A stretch of 63,972 bases of DNA, filler included, from Rhabdomonas costata (GCA_019059605.1; 41 parts of 41 records of this genome joined end to end with filler, not necessarily neighbours in it); one strand, 5' to 3'; positions 36,976 to 51,062 are shown, counted from the first letter of the whole stretch. Translations and numbers: made by a program. The notes: generated by a model not told the origin, from the sequence alone.

Positions 36976-36977
<2 letters not shown>

Positions 36978-37053
<76 letters not shown>
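36978..37053. repeat. (AGAC)n tetranucleotide microsatellite
   Basis: About 19 tandem AGAC units. Confidence 0.97.
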
Positions 37054-37055
<2 letters not shown>

Positions 37056-40000
37056 TCGCTCCACATCGCAACCACATCGGTCGAGGTTTCGGGTGTTTGT
37101 TTCGTGGAACGCTACTGGGCCGGCAGGCTCAACAGGCCTCTCGCTTTTGATGTCCTCTGCGCAGGCCGTTGCCCCTGATCTCAGCTCGTCCCCCTTGTTG
37201 GCCAAACCGCAAGAGAAAACCAAGCCAATCAGCCAATTTTCATGTCTTTTCCAACCTTTCCGTACCGTCCAAAATCCCGCATCTTGCCGTACTGCTCACT
37301 TTCTTCCTCTGTGGATGTCTGTACTTGTGCCGCCGTTAATCAGCCAATAATACACCAGAAACCCAAGGAAAGGCCCATCAAGGCCAAGTTCCTAGTTCTC
37401 ATCTCCCCCCANNNNNNNNNNNNNNNNNNNNNNNNNNNNNNNNNNNNNNNNNNNNTTAATTAATTAANNNNNNNNNNNNNNNNNNNNNNNNNNNNNNNNN
37501 NNNNNNNNNNNTTTTGGGTGTATGCCTGCGTAGCTTTTGGGGAGTTGATGGGTTTTCAATAGAATACGAAAGGGGAGATATGAATTCGATGAGCATGATG
37601 TGATAGCGGCTTATTTTCAAACGTTTATCACCCTCCCAGAAACCAACCATACAACATTGCGAAGGATGCGGAGCATCCCGCCAGCACGCTGCCATCAAAA
37701 TCCCTCTTTGCGCAGGGGTCTGGTGCCAAAGCGTCGCCAAATTATACGGGCTGAGGGGAGATCACCTCGGCGGCCTGCTGGCACTTCCGCTGCAGCGCCC
37801 GCACGTGCAGGGATCGCAGCTGTGCCCGCAGCTTGAGCTCCTCCTCCACGGCGGCGGCATGGGGATCCACCACGGGCGAAGCCGCTGGCGGGGCGGAGGG
37901 CTCTGCCTTCTCCCCACTTTTTCTCTGCGAGTCACCGCGAGCGCGGGTTCCAACGCATTCCCTTCGAAAGTGTGACAGACCGGGGGACAGCTTTTGGTGG
38001 TATCAGAACTGCGAAGCGAAGGAGGTGCGAAGCTGGACTTGCGGTGAGAACAGAGAAGAGCCGCTCATTACCAAATGAAGGCCAGCGTTTCCAACATGAA
38101 AAAGCCATCGCAGAGCGCACCTCGGAATTGCGAGAAACCTCCTCACTTTCCTGCAAATCCCGTGTGATGCTGCCACCGCCGAAAACCACGAGGTGCAGCT
38201 GGCGGCGGGCAGTAGCCTCCTCGTGGATGATCGCCTGCGTGGGCAACGCAAGAACGGGAGTGCGCCGATAGCAAAATTCAGCAAACATAACCACACATCT
38301 CCGCACAAGGGACTCCAACAACCATATTATTAGAAGTTAACGTAAAAGGCGACGGTCTTCCCTCTGCCTAAATCCTGCAAGTCGAGCGGACAGGACCCCA
38401 GATAGCCACACCTCAACTTGACGCCGTGGAAAGCTGTTGAATGGTATCCGCAACCCCCAAGTCCCGTCAAGCGTACGCATACGCACACCCGCAATTCTTT
38501 AAAAAAAAATACAGTTTAAAAAATACAGTTCGTGCGGCTTAAGGGCTTGACGAAACATACACCCTCTTCCCGCAACTCGCACTTACACTTACTTACCTCA
38601 TACTTACAGAAAAGGTGCAGTGCTCTGCCAGAAACACGACAAATGCACACACACACACACACACACAAACCCACACATACCACGTGCACCACGCATTCCT
38701 TTGGTGGAGGTCTTTCTGCCTCCAGGCTTTTCTACACACTCCCGCTGCCTGGCTGCTTCTGGTAAGGTACGGATCACAATTCGCTGCTCGGCTGAGGTTC
38801 TTCGGAAACCTCAATGGCGCATTCAAACGCGGTGCTAGGAACTGCGGCAAGTGCTCTCCCACACTTCGTGCCTAAGGCGTGGTATTGGTGGAGTTCCTTT
38901 CGGTCTCCAGCGGGCTTTCGAATTCGCACCTGCTGCCTGACCCTGACAGCTTCCTGGAGAACGGATCACCCCTNNNNNNNNNNNNNNNNNNNNNNNNNNN
39001 NNNNNNNNNNNNNNNNNTTAATTAATTAANNNNNNNNNNNNNNNNNNNNNNNNNNNNNNNNNNNNNNNNNNNNGTTGGTTGGTCGACCTCGGGGTGAGGG
39101 GGGAGCGTGGGGTGGAGCCCCCGGCCTTGCTTCGAAGAACCCCGCGGAGCTCTCCCCATGACGCAACCAGGCGGTCGATGTCCGGGGCAAAGGTGAACCG
39201 GGGCGCCTGTGTTTGTGATGAAAACCACACCGCAAATCATGGGAAGGTGGTGGACAGGTGAAAAAGGGAGGTTACTACCCTACCCTGCCCTACACTACAC
39301 TGGGTGCTCTGGTACGGCTGAAATCTTCGAGGGGTCGTGCACGTTTCATTTTGGAACGGCCGCTCATTCTGTTACTGGACTGGAAGGTCCGAGACAGTCA
39401 AATGAGTTAGGTGCCATGCGTTGCATCGCATCGAAGTGCCTATAGCACAATGAAGGGAAGTCTCACTTGTCAGCAAAGAAGGTCCAAAGCAGCCACCAAA
39501 AGACCAGCCAACGCACCCCTCCTGTGAATGTATAAAAGGATGACATTGAAAAATGAAGAATCCCGATCGGTTTGCGCAGTTGTGCAAACGCAAACACCCC
39601 AAGTACAAGGAAGGTGTGCGCCACCCCGAAACGAAATGGTAATTTAACAGATTTTCAACAAAAAGAGATTTAGCGATGAAATCAGCAAAATCACATTCCG
39701 CCTACACACTTTCCCTCTCCCGGAAATCCCAAAAATGAAACAAGGGAGGAAAATAAGCTGTGGAGTAGCATTACCCTCTTCTGCATCTCCAGAAGATCAT
39801 TTTGCGCTCGAGCGAGGTTCCGCTGAGCTCGTGACGGAGCATCTGAGCCTGGGATAGAAAAAGAGAGCAAACTGGTGGCTACCCGATCAAGTAAAGCACC
39901 TACTGGTGGCTACCCAACCACGAAAGGCACATTAACACAAAAAGAAGTTGTGGCCTTGCGTACCTTCTCCGGAGGGCTCCTTGCCTGCCTCAGCGGCTGC

Positions 40001-43000
40001 CGCTGCGAGCAGTGACTTGACATGCCCTCGAAGTGCGTTAAGCTGAATAAAAGGCGGAAATGGTGCAAGCGCTTAATTTCCAGCCGAGAAAAGGGCCAAA
40101 TGTAGGGGCAAAATGGTGGTTCTTAGGCCAAAATTGACGGAAAATGCACAAATTGCAAGTACACGCAGATGCGGGGGGTGGTGAAGCCATAAAAAAACTT
40201 TCGGAAGCCTCGGGAGGGTAAGAGGAGTTCTGCTGACGTAGAAAAATGCTTTGTTGACCCTTTTTACTATGCAATTGGGCATTTTAAAATTGAAGGGGTC
40301 CCAAGGCAAGGACGATCGCACACCCGGTGAAGGTACGCACGCTCCGCCTTGTGGAAGGCTGTGAGCTCCCTAACGTAGAGCTCCTTCACCACGACCCTCT
40401 TGCTGGGCTCTGGGACCTCGAGCTCGGCCAGGCGCTCCAGGGCCTTACAGGAAGTTGCGCCGCACACACACACATGCACGCAGATGTAAGGAAGGCAGAA
40501 GTGCACCTCATACATTTATTGGCACACCCCCACCNNNNNNNNNNNNNNNNNNNNNNNNNNNNNNNNNNNNNNNNNNNNTTAATTAATTAANNNNNNNNNN
40601 NNNNNNNNNNNNNNNNNNNNNNNNNNNNNNNNNNTTGTTGTGTGGTGCGGGGCGTGGGCGTGGACGTGGGCGTGGGCGTGTGTGTGTGTGTGGGGGGGGA
40701 AATTGAATTGCAAAGCTTCGAGGAACACAACAGTTAACAACTGTCGAACGATTCCCAGTGAGACAAACAAACACGTGAAACTGTCGGGGAAGCATAGAAT
40801 TTTGAGAAATTGGACGCTAGCCAAACAGGATAAGAATGCAACAGAGCGTGAATTGGCCACATAGTACGTTGGATGCTCTGATACTCCCATCGTCGTGGAC
40901 CCTTGCCTTCCACGCCGGTACGCGGAACGTGTACTCGTCGGCTGGCTGGTGTGCGGATGCAGTTCTGAAACCCAGGGTGCTCACCTCACGAACTCTGGGT
41001 CACAGGAGTGTCTCGGGGTGCCGACTCGCCATCACTGTGTCACCGTGTCGAGACTGCCCTGGGTCCTGGCTGGTTCGTGATCGGTGGCTCTCACTGGTGC
41101 AGGAACTTCTGTTGTCGCTGCCAATGATTGGACTGCCAATGTTTTGCCGCTGTCGCTACTATTGGTTGCTATGTGTGTTATCAAAACTACTGTTTGACTG
41201 AGATACAATGATGCTGCCACACTCGCGCTCATTGTCCACCCTTAGAAGTTGAAGGTTGCAGGACGTGCGGTCCTGCGGTCAAATGGCTGATGCTGACTCT
41301 CAGGCGGCGAGTCTAAAACGAGATCGAACATGCAGGGAGAAGTGATGTTCACAAAAGGTTTGAGGGGGGCAAACCCGCGCTTTTGACGAACTTTTGCCAA
41401 CCAAGCCACCCACTCCCCAACCGCTGGCGCAGCGCTCAGCGCCGCCTCTGGGCTGCCGCTCTGGCGCTCTGCCGCTCCTGCCTCCCCGGGGACCATCTCC
41501 CACTCCTCTTCGGAGGGCTCCAGGGGTGCGACGGCGGCAGCTGGGGCTTCTTTGTGGTGAGCAGCAATGACGTCTGCTGCGTCACGAAGGCGGTAGACCA
41601 TCCGGATCAGGGCATGGCTCTTTACCACAATCACGCGGACGTTGGGGAACGCGTAGCCGTACTGCTGCAGAAGGGCCAAGCCATCCAGAAGGCTGTCGCG
41701 CCCGCAGAGCATCCTAGTTGAATTCCACGGGATGAGGTGAAAATGTACCCTAGCTGAGGTGGCCAACGTTTTCAGCGTTTGTTCGTTGGACAGCGCCACT
41801 GGAAAACATGCCAAACGCAAGCACCCACACACACCCACACACACACACGCTTACGTGACTCCGACCCGCAAAACCTTACAAAGGTCACAAAATAAGCAAA
41901 CGACGAGATGGAGCGAGCGAGAGAGAGAAACTACAAATAAAGATATTGGAAGATAATGGCGAGACCAGGAGCAGTCGGGAGAGGAGAGCACGACAGCAAA
42001 TGCCGTGGATGCGATGAAGCCCCAGCAGAGAGGTGGCGAGTGAGGGGACCCCCTCGTGGATGCTTGCTCGGAAGTCTATTATTCCTCACACACCACNNNN
42101 NNNNNNNNNNNNNNNNNNNNNNNNNNNNNNNNNNNNNNNNTTAATTAATTAANNNNNNNNNNNNNNNNNNNNNNNNNNNNNNNNNNNNNNNNNNNNGGTT
42201 TTTGTGAAGCACGTTGTGGGTGCTGCCTCCGCTGCGTGGGCAAGAAGCAGAAAGGGATACGAAAGAGCTGCTAGGGGCACCACACCCGGTAAACTCCTGA
42301 CCCCAATGACTAGCCACGGAGCGTTTAGGGTAACCTGCTGTGTAAAAAGACCGCAGGTCTGCTTCAACTTCGTCCTCTGGAAAACATTCTTAGTAATTAT
42401 TAGTAATTCAGAAAAATAAATGGGTCTCATCTCTCTTCACATTGCCTATCGGCTAGTGGAAGAGGCCGCGGTCTGTATCCCCTCCCTTCCAACCAATAAT
42501 TGACACATGGTCTCCTGGAAACACGCCTCTGCAACTTTTTTCAGGGAGTTTCCCTTCTCCTCTTTTTGTCGGTTATTGGTCCCCTGACACATGGCTGAAG
42601 CTGCCTCCAGGGACGTGGCTGAGGTGCGGGGGCTGTCGTTCGTGGATGATGTCCAGCTGGAGGGCTTAGTGGCGAACATTCGGCTGAGCAGTGGCCGGGA
42701 CTACTGCGTCGTCCTTGACGAGGCCTGTCCGTTGGTCCCCTCCTGATTTGCTCGTTCCGCTCTTTCCATCAAAAACTGTCTAACTTGTGTGGCGAAAAAT
42801 TCAGTGTTCACGGCAACAATGCAGGGCATCACTGCAGGCAAGGGCACAGTGCTGGAACATGCACGGGCGAGCAAAAGGAAAGAGTATAAGAATTCAGTTG
42901 TTTTCTTTTTCAGTTTTTTAGTCTGTGCTCGCATTGGGTCGCTCTGGGTGTGAGTTGCTTGGCCGCTTCAGACTCGTTTTTTTGTGCCGAAGAGAGTTCC

Positions 43001-46000
43001 CATCGGGTCCATTTGCGGTCCATTTAGGAGCCTTTGATTTCAAAAAAAACATTCAGTGACCCGTGTGGTGCATTTTCGGAGCTCTCCCCCCCCCCAAAGT
43101 GCTTCCGCATTGGTGTCCTAGCGGTGTTTTGAGGAACGCTCCGAATGTCACGTGGTGGTTGATCACTCCTTAGTGAAGCCTGACGCACTACTATTTTGGT
43201 TCAGTGCACCACGAAGTGTTGAGCTGAGCCCTGAGTTGGAGTCGGTGATTTTCCAATTGGTCGGACGCGTTGTTGCTGTGAGGGTTCACAGAACTATCCA
43301 AAGGGCGAGCCTGTCATGCTTGACGGCACTTTCCTGCCTCGAGGCAGCCTTGCCAAAATAGCAACTCGGCTGCACGAGTCAGGTACTGTGGGTTAGCTCG
43401 TCCTTCTTTGTTCTTCTTCGTTGTTTTTGCTTTGTTTCGTCTTTGTATAGTGTGTGTGCCCCAACCTGTACTGTTCTAAGCTGTTCGGCTTTTCCTCTTC
43501 GAACTTTTCGCTCGACCTTGCCTCCCATGTCTTGCGCATGCAGAGTGCTCCATGGGTGACGAATCGGAAGCTGGTTCTGAGGTGTGACTTCGTGGACCAT
43601 TAGGCACGGGGCGTTTGTCATATCTGAGTTCAGTTTCATTGTGGGGTGCCACCCCCCCNNNNNNNNNNNNNNNNNNNNNNNNNNNNNNNNNNNNNNNNNN
43701 NNTTAATTAATTAANNNNNNNNNNNNNNNNNNNNNNNNNNNNNNNNNNNNNNNNNNNNTCTCTTTTGGATTGCTCTCTCTTTCGACTTTTGTCTGCCTCT
43801 GACTGTTCCTGCCCACATTGCGGTATTGATGATTGTGGATGACTAATTTCCTCAGTTGACTTTGTTGGTGTGGGTTGGGTGGGGTTCTTTTTTCAGTTGA
43901 TTAGTTTCGACTTCAGGGGATAGCTTTGTGAGTGGATTTTGTCTCATTGCGTTTCGTCATTTGTGTGCAAAAGGCCGGTAAGGTCCGCCGGCTGAGGGAG
44001 GCCTGGAACAGTCCGACGTATCAGATGACTCCAAGCTTTCAGGAGGTTGTAAAGCGCTTGGGGGAGCCCACCGTCAAGTTCATCACGGACAAGCAGAAGG
44101 ACGAGATGATTCCCATGTACATGTTCCAAGATTGGTTGGATTGGCCCAACCGGCGGGTTTCGAACACGTAACAGGGCGAAGATAGAAGGGAACTTCCATC
44201 CACACATCTGGGCTATATCTTTGGGGTGGGAGCTGGCGATACGCGTTGCTTTTGTTGTGACACTGCTGTGGTGTGCGTGCCATTGCTTTTCAACGGGAGC
44301 CTTGGCGGGTGCGAAAACTGGGGAAATGCAAACACAGATTCTGCAGCGGTACCGTTTTGAGTTTGTTTTTGCTCATTCTGAGGACCGCCTTCAGCGATTT
44401 TATGGACCAACAAGCGCTTCCAAAAGGTAGAATCCAGGAACATACCTGCCCTTGGAGCCGAGGCTTTGCCTCGATGAGTTGGCCGATTCCTGTGGCTTCC
44501 TTTTGCCGGCACGGCCGGACCAACGCGAACCGGCACCCATTTTTAGAAAGCAGCGGGGTCACCCAAACACGAAAGCGATGTTTGCACTTTTGAGCGCCAA
44601 TTTGCCCGCTTTGCATGATGAAGACGGTTCGTTGCGCTTGGGGCCTTGCCGTTGTGAACCCGTTGCTGCTCAAAGGACCCGTGCGATCCCCACCCCCTGG
44701 CGAGATCCATTTTCGAAAGACCAGTACCACAACGAGCGCGTTGCAAATAAATTTGCTCAAGGTTTAAAATGCCAAACGGTGTCAGCACAAAAAAAAACAG
44801 GAATCACATCAATACGTAGTAATTTTGCTTCATTTCAACATTAACCATGAAAAAACCACTGTGGGCGGTTACCCATGTCCCACGCCCCTCTTCCCTATCG
44901 GCGCGCTGTCCCACTTTCATTCTCGTGCTTTTTGGTGCGCCACACTCTGCCTTCCCACACAACACTACAACTATGACTGAAGCCTCTGACCACGGGTTGT
45001 CTCGGCAGCCGGCTCTGGAATGGGCCCATGAGCTGTTCCTGAGCAACGGGGAGCTCCGGAACCAGGTCGCCGCGCTCCGCCTGGGCCCCTCCACTTCACC
45101 CGGCGCCCCCGCGTACCCGGCCCAGCCGTCGACTGAAGCGCTGACGCTGTTGGAGCACGAACTCCGCCTGCCTGATTTCCTCAAGCCCCTGCTCCCTCCT
45201 GCTGGCCTACAAAACACCCNNNNNNNNNNNNNNNNNNNNNNNNNNNNNNNNNNNNNNNNNNNNTTAATTAATTAANNNNNNNNNNNNNNNNNNNNNNNNN
45301 NNNNNNNNNNNNNNNNNNNGTTGGGGTTGGGGTTGGGGTAGGGGTAAGGAAACAGCAGGAGTATCTTTCAAAACTGCTGAATATGGCCGAGAAGCAATAT
45401 GTCGAAGTGTGCGACAGAGATGGCCACACCAGGCCACCGTCAGAGCCAGCAGAAGCAGCCAGTCCCATACTGGGGACTTGGCATTGCATCTGCAAAACTG
45501 CTCCTCCAGAACCTGAAAAAGCAAGAGGCACACCCAAAAAGGGTCAAGCACCACCCAATCCCAAACTTGGGACAATTAGCTCGTTCTTTTCCCGTTCTGC
45601 GGTTTCGGCGTAAGAACACGCAATCCATGCCAAAAATGTAACGGAGGAATTGCTTTTCACTCAGGTTCAATGCCGTTTCTCAGAATCGGCCAGGAAGATA
45701 TAGCGCACAATTGCTGTGGTGATCCACAAAGCCAACGCGCCTTACGACACATAGGAACCGGAATAAAGGGCTCTCTTTACCTCACTCACTTACAGGAACC
45801 CCCATTGGAAAAGGGCTCCTCATTGTGGAGAGCTCCGGAGCCGATCGGACCGTAAACAACAACTAAAGGTACCTTAACTCGGACGCGCAGTGTACTCAAC
45901 TTGCGTTCTCGAGAAAGAGATTAAGTTGGTTAAGTTGACAAGGGGTGGCGGTGCAAAACCTTGGACTTGAAACGCAGGAAGCTCACCTGCTCGGAGCTGT

Positions 46001-46881
46001 CCCACTCCTGGGAGGGGAAACAGATCAAAAAGCATTGTTGGTCGAAAGTTAAGAGAAAAAAAAGAACGGAAGTATACTCTTATCCCAAAGACTTCATGAG
46101 ACACATTAGTACTGGCTTCACCGCCGCACAGCTGCACAAAATGTGATCATAAAATTGTGTCAACGGATTTTTTGTTCATCTTATGGAAGTGAGCTCAAAC
46201 ATACACAGACAGAGCGGAGAACAACTTTCCAAAACCGTGAAAAAGTCTGTACAGCAGTTTGGATATATCCAGCGGTAACCCTGACGAATATGGCTCTTTT
46301 GACACTGGAACTGGTTGTATCATGGAAAGGCGGTGTGCTTCGTTCAGAAAAAATGAAATAAAAACAGAAACCAGCAGGATTTTTGAGACTGCCTGCAGTT
46401 TTGGCAAACGCAAGCAATTGTAAATGTCGGAACAAGGTCGGAACAAAGGCCCAGAACGAAGACGAGAAACAGGATGGGAATCATGCGCCATTGCTGCCAG
46501 GTCTATGCTACATTGGCAGGTCTCTCCCACAATAAACAGTGTCAAGGCACTTTGTCGGTGGTACGAGCCCTCACACTAAATAAGACAGGCGATCGCCATG
46601 CGAAGACGAAGAGGAATAAAAGTGTAAAATTATACAAAAACATGAAAACAAACTAACTAAAGACACACTAAAATTCACAATAGAATCAAAGGTGAGCAGC
46701 AAGTAAACTATTTATTCTGGGTGAGGCTGGAAGGTGTTTTAAAAATAACTAAAAAGTTTAATGGGGAAAAAAAAAACAGGCNNNNNNNNNNNNNNNNNNN
46801 NNNNNNNNNNNNNNNNNNNNNNNNNTTAATTAATTAANNNNNNNNNNNNNNNNNNNNNNNNNNNNNNNNNNNNNNNNNNNN

Positions 46882-47872
46882 CTGGGCATTCCGATGTGGG
46901 TGTTCTACGTCAACCGAGGGCAGGGCATTGCTGGCTTTGGGGTGGAGAACAAGGACAACGCCATCATGGAGTATCAGCCTGCTAACAAGGTTTGCCTTTT
47001 TTCGTGTCAAAACGGGCTGTGCCCTGAAGGCGTTACAAGTTTCGGAGTTGTCATGTGTGGGAGCGCAGTCAATAAATTGAGAACTAAAGCAAAGGGATGT
47101 CTCTTGCCTTTTGTAGGTAAAGAAAAGTATCATGTGAATCACGTCATCGCCTCGAAGCCACTTGAAAAACTTGAGCCAGAAATTCAGACCCTTACACGTA
47201 GCAGGTTTGGAGAACAGCCCTGGCCTTGTGTACACATGTTTCTCAATGCTCAACGGTCCAATTGCACTGCTCCTTGACGTTTGGGGTTTTTTAACTGTCT
47301 GCGACATAGTTTTTCCCGTGCATAGCTTCGTGCAATTTCAGTGCAATTTCATCCGCCTGGGTTGCACATGTCACTTTGCGTCTGCCCCCCTCTTTTTGCA
47401 TTTTATTTCTTTTCTGTTTAGTCTTCAGGAAGTCCTTGCTTGTTGGTGGTGCTTTCCGGAACACTTAAAACGTAGGTAACGGAAATCACTTGAGGTTAAT
47501 CGCTTTAATCAAGTTAAATCACGCTCGACACGTCTTCTCTTTCTTTGTTCTTTGCGTGCTGTTTGCTAATTTGCTATTTTCTGTTTGCGTGTGGACCTTT
47601 CTCGGAACAGTGGTGACGCTGTGCCGTGCTTTTTGTTGCTGAAAAAAGATAACATTAATTCTCGTTTTTCCATGACCCGCGCATTTGCACGGTGGAGAGT
47701 CAGATGCTCATTTACCCCGAAACAAGTTCTTCAAAAATTGATGCCTTTGGGTGTGGTTGTGTCGTTGTTTTGGTAGGCTTATCAAAGCGTCCCTTGGCTG
47801 GGCTTCCGCACCTTCGTGAAGCTCACTCGCCAAGGCAAGGTGTCCCAATACGAGCCGTTCTCCAGGCAGCCG
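46882..47872 (+). CDS. GH161-like beta-1,3-glucan phosphorylase, N-terminal exons 46882-46989 and 47777-47872, partial
   Basis: Spliced reading [64 protein letters not shown]. Phase-0 GT-AG intron. The motif string matches my recollection of the GH161 N-terminus. Confidence 0.72.
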
Positions 47873-49790
47873 GTATGTGCACGCCCCTCATCACCTCTCT
47901 GCTCATGTGAAATTGCTCTAATACTGAGGTTCAGGTTTTTTTTTGGGGGGGGGGCGGATAAAAGATTTACAGGCTTAAGTTCTTTTATTCACATTGTCTC
48001 CGGTCGTGTCGTCGTTTTGTACCTTCAGTGCAGTGTTTAACTGAGCAGAAATATATACAAACGTAGGCTCTTTTTGAACTCCCCCCTCCCCCTCCCCGAA
48101 CTAAACTCCAGCACCGACCGCACCAAAGTCTCACTCGTCTCATAAGCAGAGGCCCAAAAAGTCAGTTCTCTACGCGCTGCCAGAAACAATGGCAGAGTGC
48201 CGGAAAGGTTTTGAGAGCGCCGCGCAATTCGAAGTATGACAGGAGGGATCTGATGGAGACGAGAGATTGCGTCAGCCGCGTTCATTTCGGACGGGGTGAG
48301 GGCAATGGCGACTTTGAGTTGGAATTGTTCTCACCCCCTCACNNNNNNNNNNNNNNNNNNNNNNNNNNNNNNNNNNNNNNNNNNNNTTAATTAATTAANN
48401 NNNNNNNNNNNNNNNNNNNNNNNNNNNNNNNNNNNNNNNNNNCTATCTCAGTGGTCCAAAATCTTGTGGCTGACCTCCGTACGCATTTGGTTAGTCCTCA
48501 AGCACCACAAGTTTGTGCTTGAGCTCACCAGTTCGCCCGCTCCAAAGCCCTCTCATTGAATGGGCTGCCATTTCACTGTGAATTGGCTCCGAAGGGAGAA
48601 ACCACCGCAAGCACAGGTGTGGCCTCCCGCAGTGTACACAGACCATTTTCGGCGCCTGATGGTCGGGAAACTGGCAAGGCATCCCCTTTGGAAAGTGCTG
48701 TGGAGTGGGGAGGGGGTTGAGCCGTGGTGAACCTGTGCACAGTCCCATCAAAAGCACACCGTAACATAATGTTAAGGAATCGGTGGCATGGGCTAGTCTC
48801 ATCATCTTTGCTTTTTGCTCGAGAGAAACAACAGAGAAAACTGAGGCATTTTGTTGCTTCCATTTTTCCATTGGGTTTCCGTATTTTCTCCTGCGGCCTG
48901 CAAGAGAAATGGTTCCAGCGAAGGGGTTTGCGCCTTGCCCGTGGCGCCTGTGGGGTAGCAGGGCGGGGGGCTCGTTTTGATCCCCTGAAACTAATGACCG
49001 CTCTAAAGCACTAGTCGCGAAATAGGCTATTGCAATGGCAGATACTGCTCTCAGCTGGACTTCTGCGCTCCAATAAGTCCACATGAGGGGGCGAGGGGTC
49101 GCTGCGCTGTCCAAGAGCGCTGTAAAACCGACCCAAAAGGGTAATGTTGGGATTCGAAGAGGGAGAAATTTAATGTTAGGATTTTGGCCACCGCCCTAAT
49201 CGCACAGGCATCTACTGCACCGATAAAAGTGCTACTTGCCCCTCTGTCGCATTTTGCCAGCCCAGTTCTGACCCCTCACGCCATCCGTACCGGCGCCACG
49301 CAAGGGCATATTTGGCTCGCCTCTCCCCCGCTTGTGGGTGTGCCTCTTAGGGCCCCTTCTCTGGTGCAGGCAACTGCGCTGCTTAGCCCTTGCCTTCAAA
49401 AGGCTCATTCAAAAGGCACTCTTGCGTAATAAAAAGTACCGTAAAAGCCCATTCTGCCTCACACAAACACACCACTGTGCCTTATCACCACATCTCTTTG
49501 TGTGGCCGCAGAAGGGCAGCTCCCCAGTGCCCCGACACCCGCCTCCCAACCAATCCAAAGCGCTTGTTTCTGTCCCCCTCTGCTTTAGTGTTCGCCAGCA
49601 TGCACCGTCAGCACTGCCACTGAAGGGAAGAGGGAGGAGGTAGTGCTTCAGGACACTCCCACAGGTTTGCTCTTTGCATGCCTCTGTTCGGCTTCCACGA
49701 TGAAACTACTTTGCTGCTCTTCCCATATGACTTTCCTGTGGAGCCCTGCCTACTTAATTCCGGTTATTCATTTCCTTTTTCTGTTCGCAG

Positions 49791-49892
49791 GATGCTTCCG
49801 GGCTGGTGCCTTTGGCCGTGGCCGTGGCCGCCCACAACGACCGCGCCTGTGCTTTGCTGGCCGAGCCCACCTTCGCGTGCAAGGCCATGCAC
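49791..49892 (+). CDS. Possible ankyrin-repeat exon fragment
   Basis: After a CAG acceptor the frame reads DASGLVPLAVAVAAHNDRACALL, which loosely fits D..G.TPL..A...N......LL. Confidence 0.3.
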
Positions 49893-50879
49893 CCCAACCC
49901 CCACNNNNNNNNNNNNNNNNNNNNNNNNNNNNNNNNNNNNNNNNNNNNTTAATTAATTAANNNNNNNNNNNNNNNNNNNNNNNNNNNNNNNNNNNNNNNN
50001 NNNNGTTGGTGGGGGGTCCTGGCATAGTCGACAGCAAGGTGACCTTGGATTCCCGCCCTCCACCTCCCACCTCTGACCGCAAAGAACAGTGCCCACCAAA
50101 ATGTTCCCATCACGCAATAAGCAGCACTACCCATGGAAAGACGGAAGACCAGAACAGCAAAGATACACAAGCGGACCGTGACACTTCCCCTTGCTCGTCT
50201 CACGCACCCACTTGGCAAGGCGCGTTCCCAATCTTTTCTGGACACCTTAGTGTCACGCTATAGATTCAGACGGAATATCTCTCTCAGAAGGTTTCCCCAC
50301 AACTCTGATGATGCAGCCTCCCGTGCTCCATCTCCGTCTCACCCTCACCATTCCACAGAAAACCAGCGGTCGGATAAACACGCACACAACGCATAACCGC
50401 ATAACAGATAGACCAAAGAGGGCACATTGCCCATCCACTCCGTGTGGCAACGGTGCCCAACAGCCTTCCCCACCATCAATTCGTCAAAGGAGAACTGTAG
50501 AGGGATAAGGAAGGGGGGGCTGCTTTTCTCAAGAAGAAGCGAGCAAGAAAGAGCATGCTCTTTCCTCTCTGCGAGGAAGAGAGGCAGATATCCTTGTCTT
50601 TTCCCTGTGGTTTCTCCTTGCCTCCCTTCCCTGTGGTCGAGTATCCAACAGGGGAGCGAGGGGTTTGTAGATGTTAGTGAGGATGAGAAACCATACCACA
50701 CCTCCTGCAAACACGCATCACCACACACGGCATCCCCAGTCACAGCCTACCATGCCTACCATCTTTAGTTGTAAGCTGTAAACAAGAAAACAGCCGCCCA
50801 CCATTTCTCTCTCTCTTTGCTTGTCACTGTGCACAAGGAAATGAAAGAGCTTCCTCTTTCTTCCTCTTCCTCTTTCCCC

Positions 50880-51062
50880 TTACTTGTGGTCGAAGTGGAT
50901 CACCCCATCCCATGGCACAGAGGTGGAGGCCGAGCCCTGCAGATGTCTCTCGCAGTGCTCCAGCAGAAGGGCACTGGGGCCATCCCCCGGGTGCACTTGC
51001 AGAGCGTTTTGGAACCACTGCCGGGCCAGCTCCAGGCTCCCCGCGCCGAATTCCCTCAGACC
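50880..51062 (-). CDS. Terminal exon resembling the TPR-like C-terminal tail of class III adenylate/guanylate cyclases
   Basis: GLREFGAGSLELARQWFQNALQVHPGDGPSALLLEHCERHLQGSASTSVPWDGVIHFDHK* fits GL..Y/F......A...F..AL...P.D.PS.L....C......WDGV.....K-stop. A TAG acceptor precedes it. This frame is absent from the ORF track. Confidence 0.72.
   Translation of the reverse strand, partial: GLREFGAGSLELARQWFQNALQVHPGDGPSALLLEHCERHLQGSASTSVPWDGVIHFDHK

Noticed and set aside
37833-45219. Several GC-rich probable exons (for example 38130-38270, 40322-40445, 41390-41714, 43973-44155, 44972-45210)
   Set aside because: Probably real host exons, but I cannot assign products or reliable boundaries from the sequence alone.
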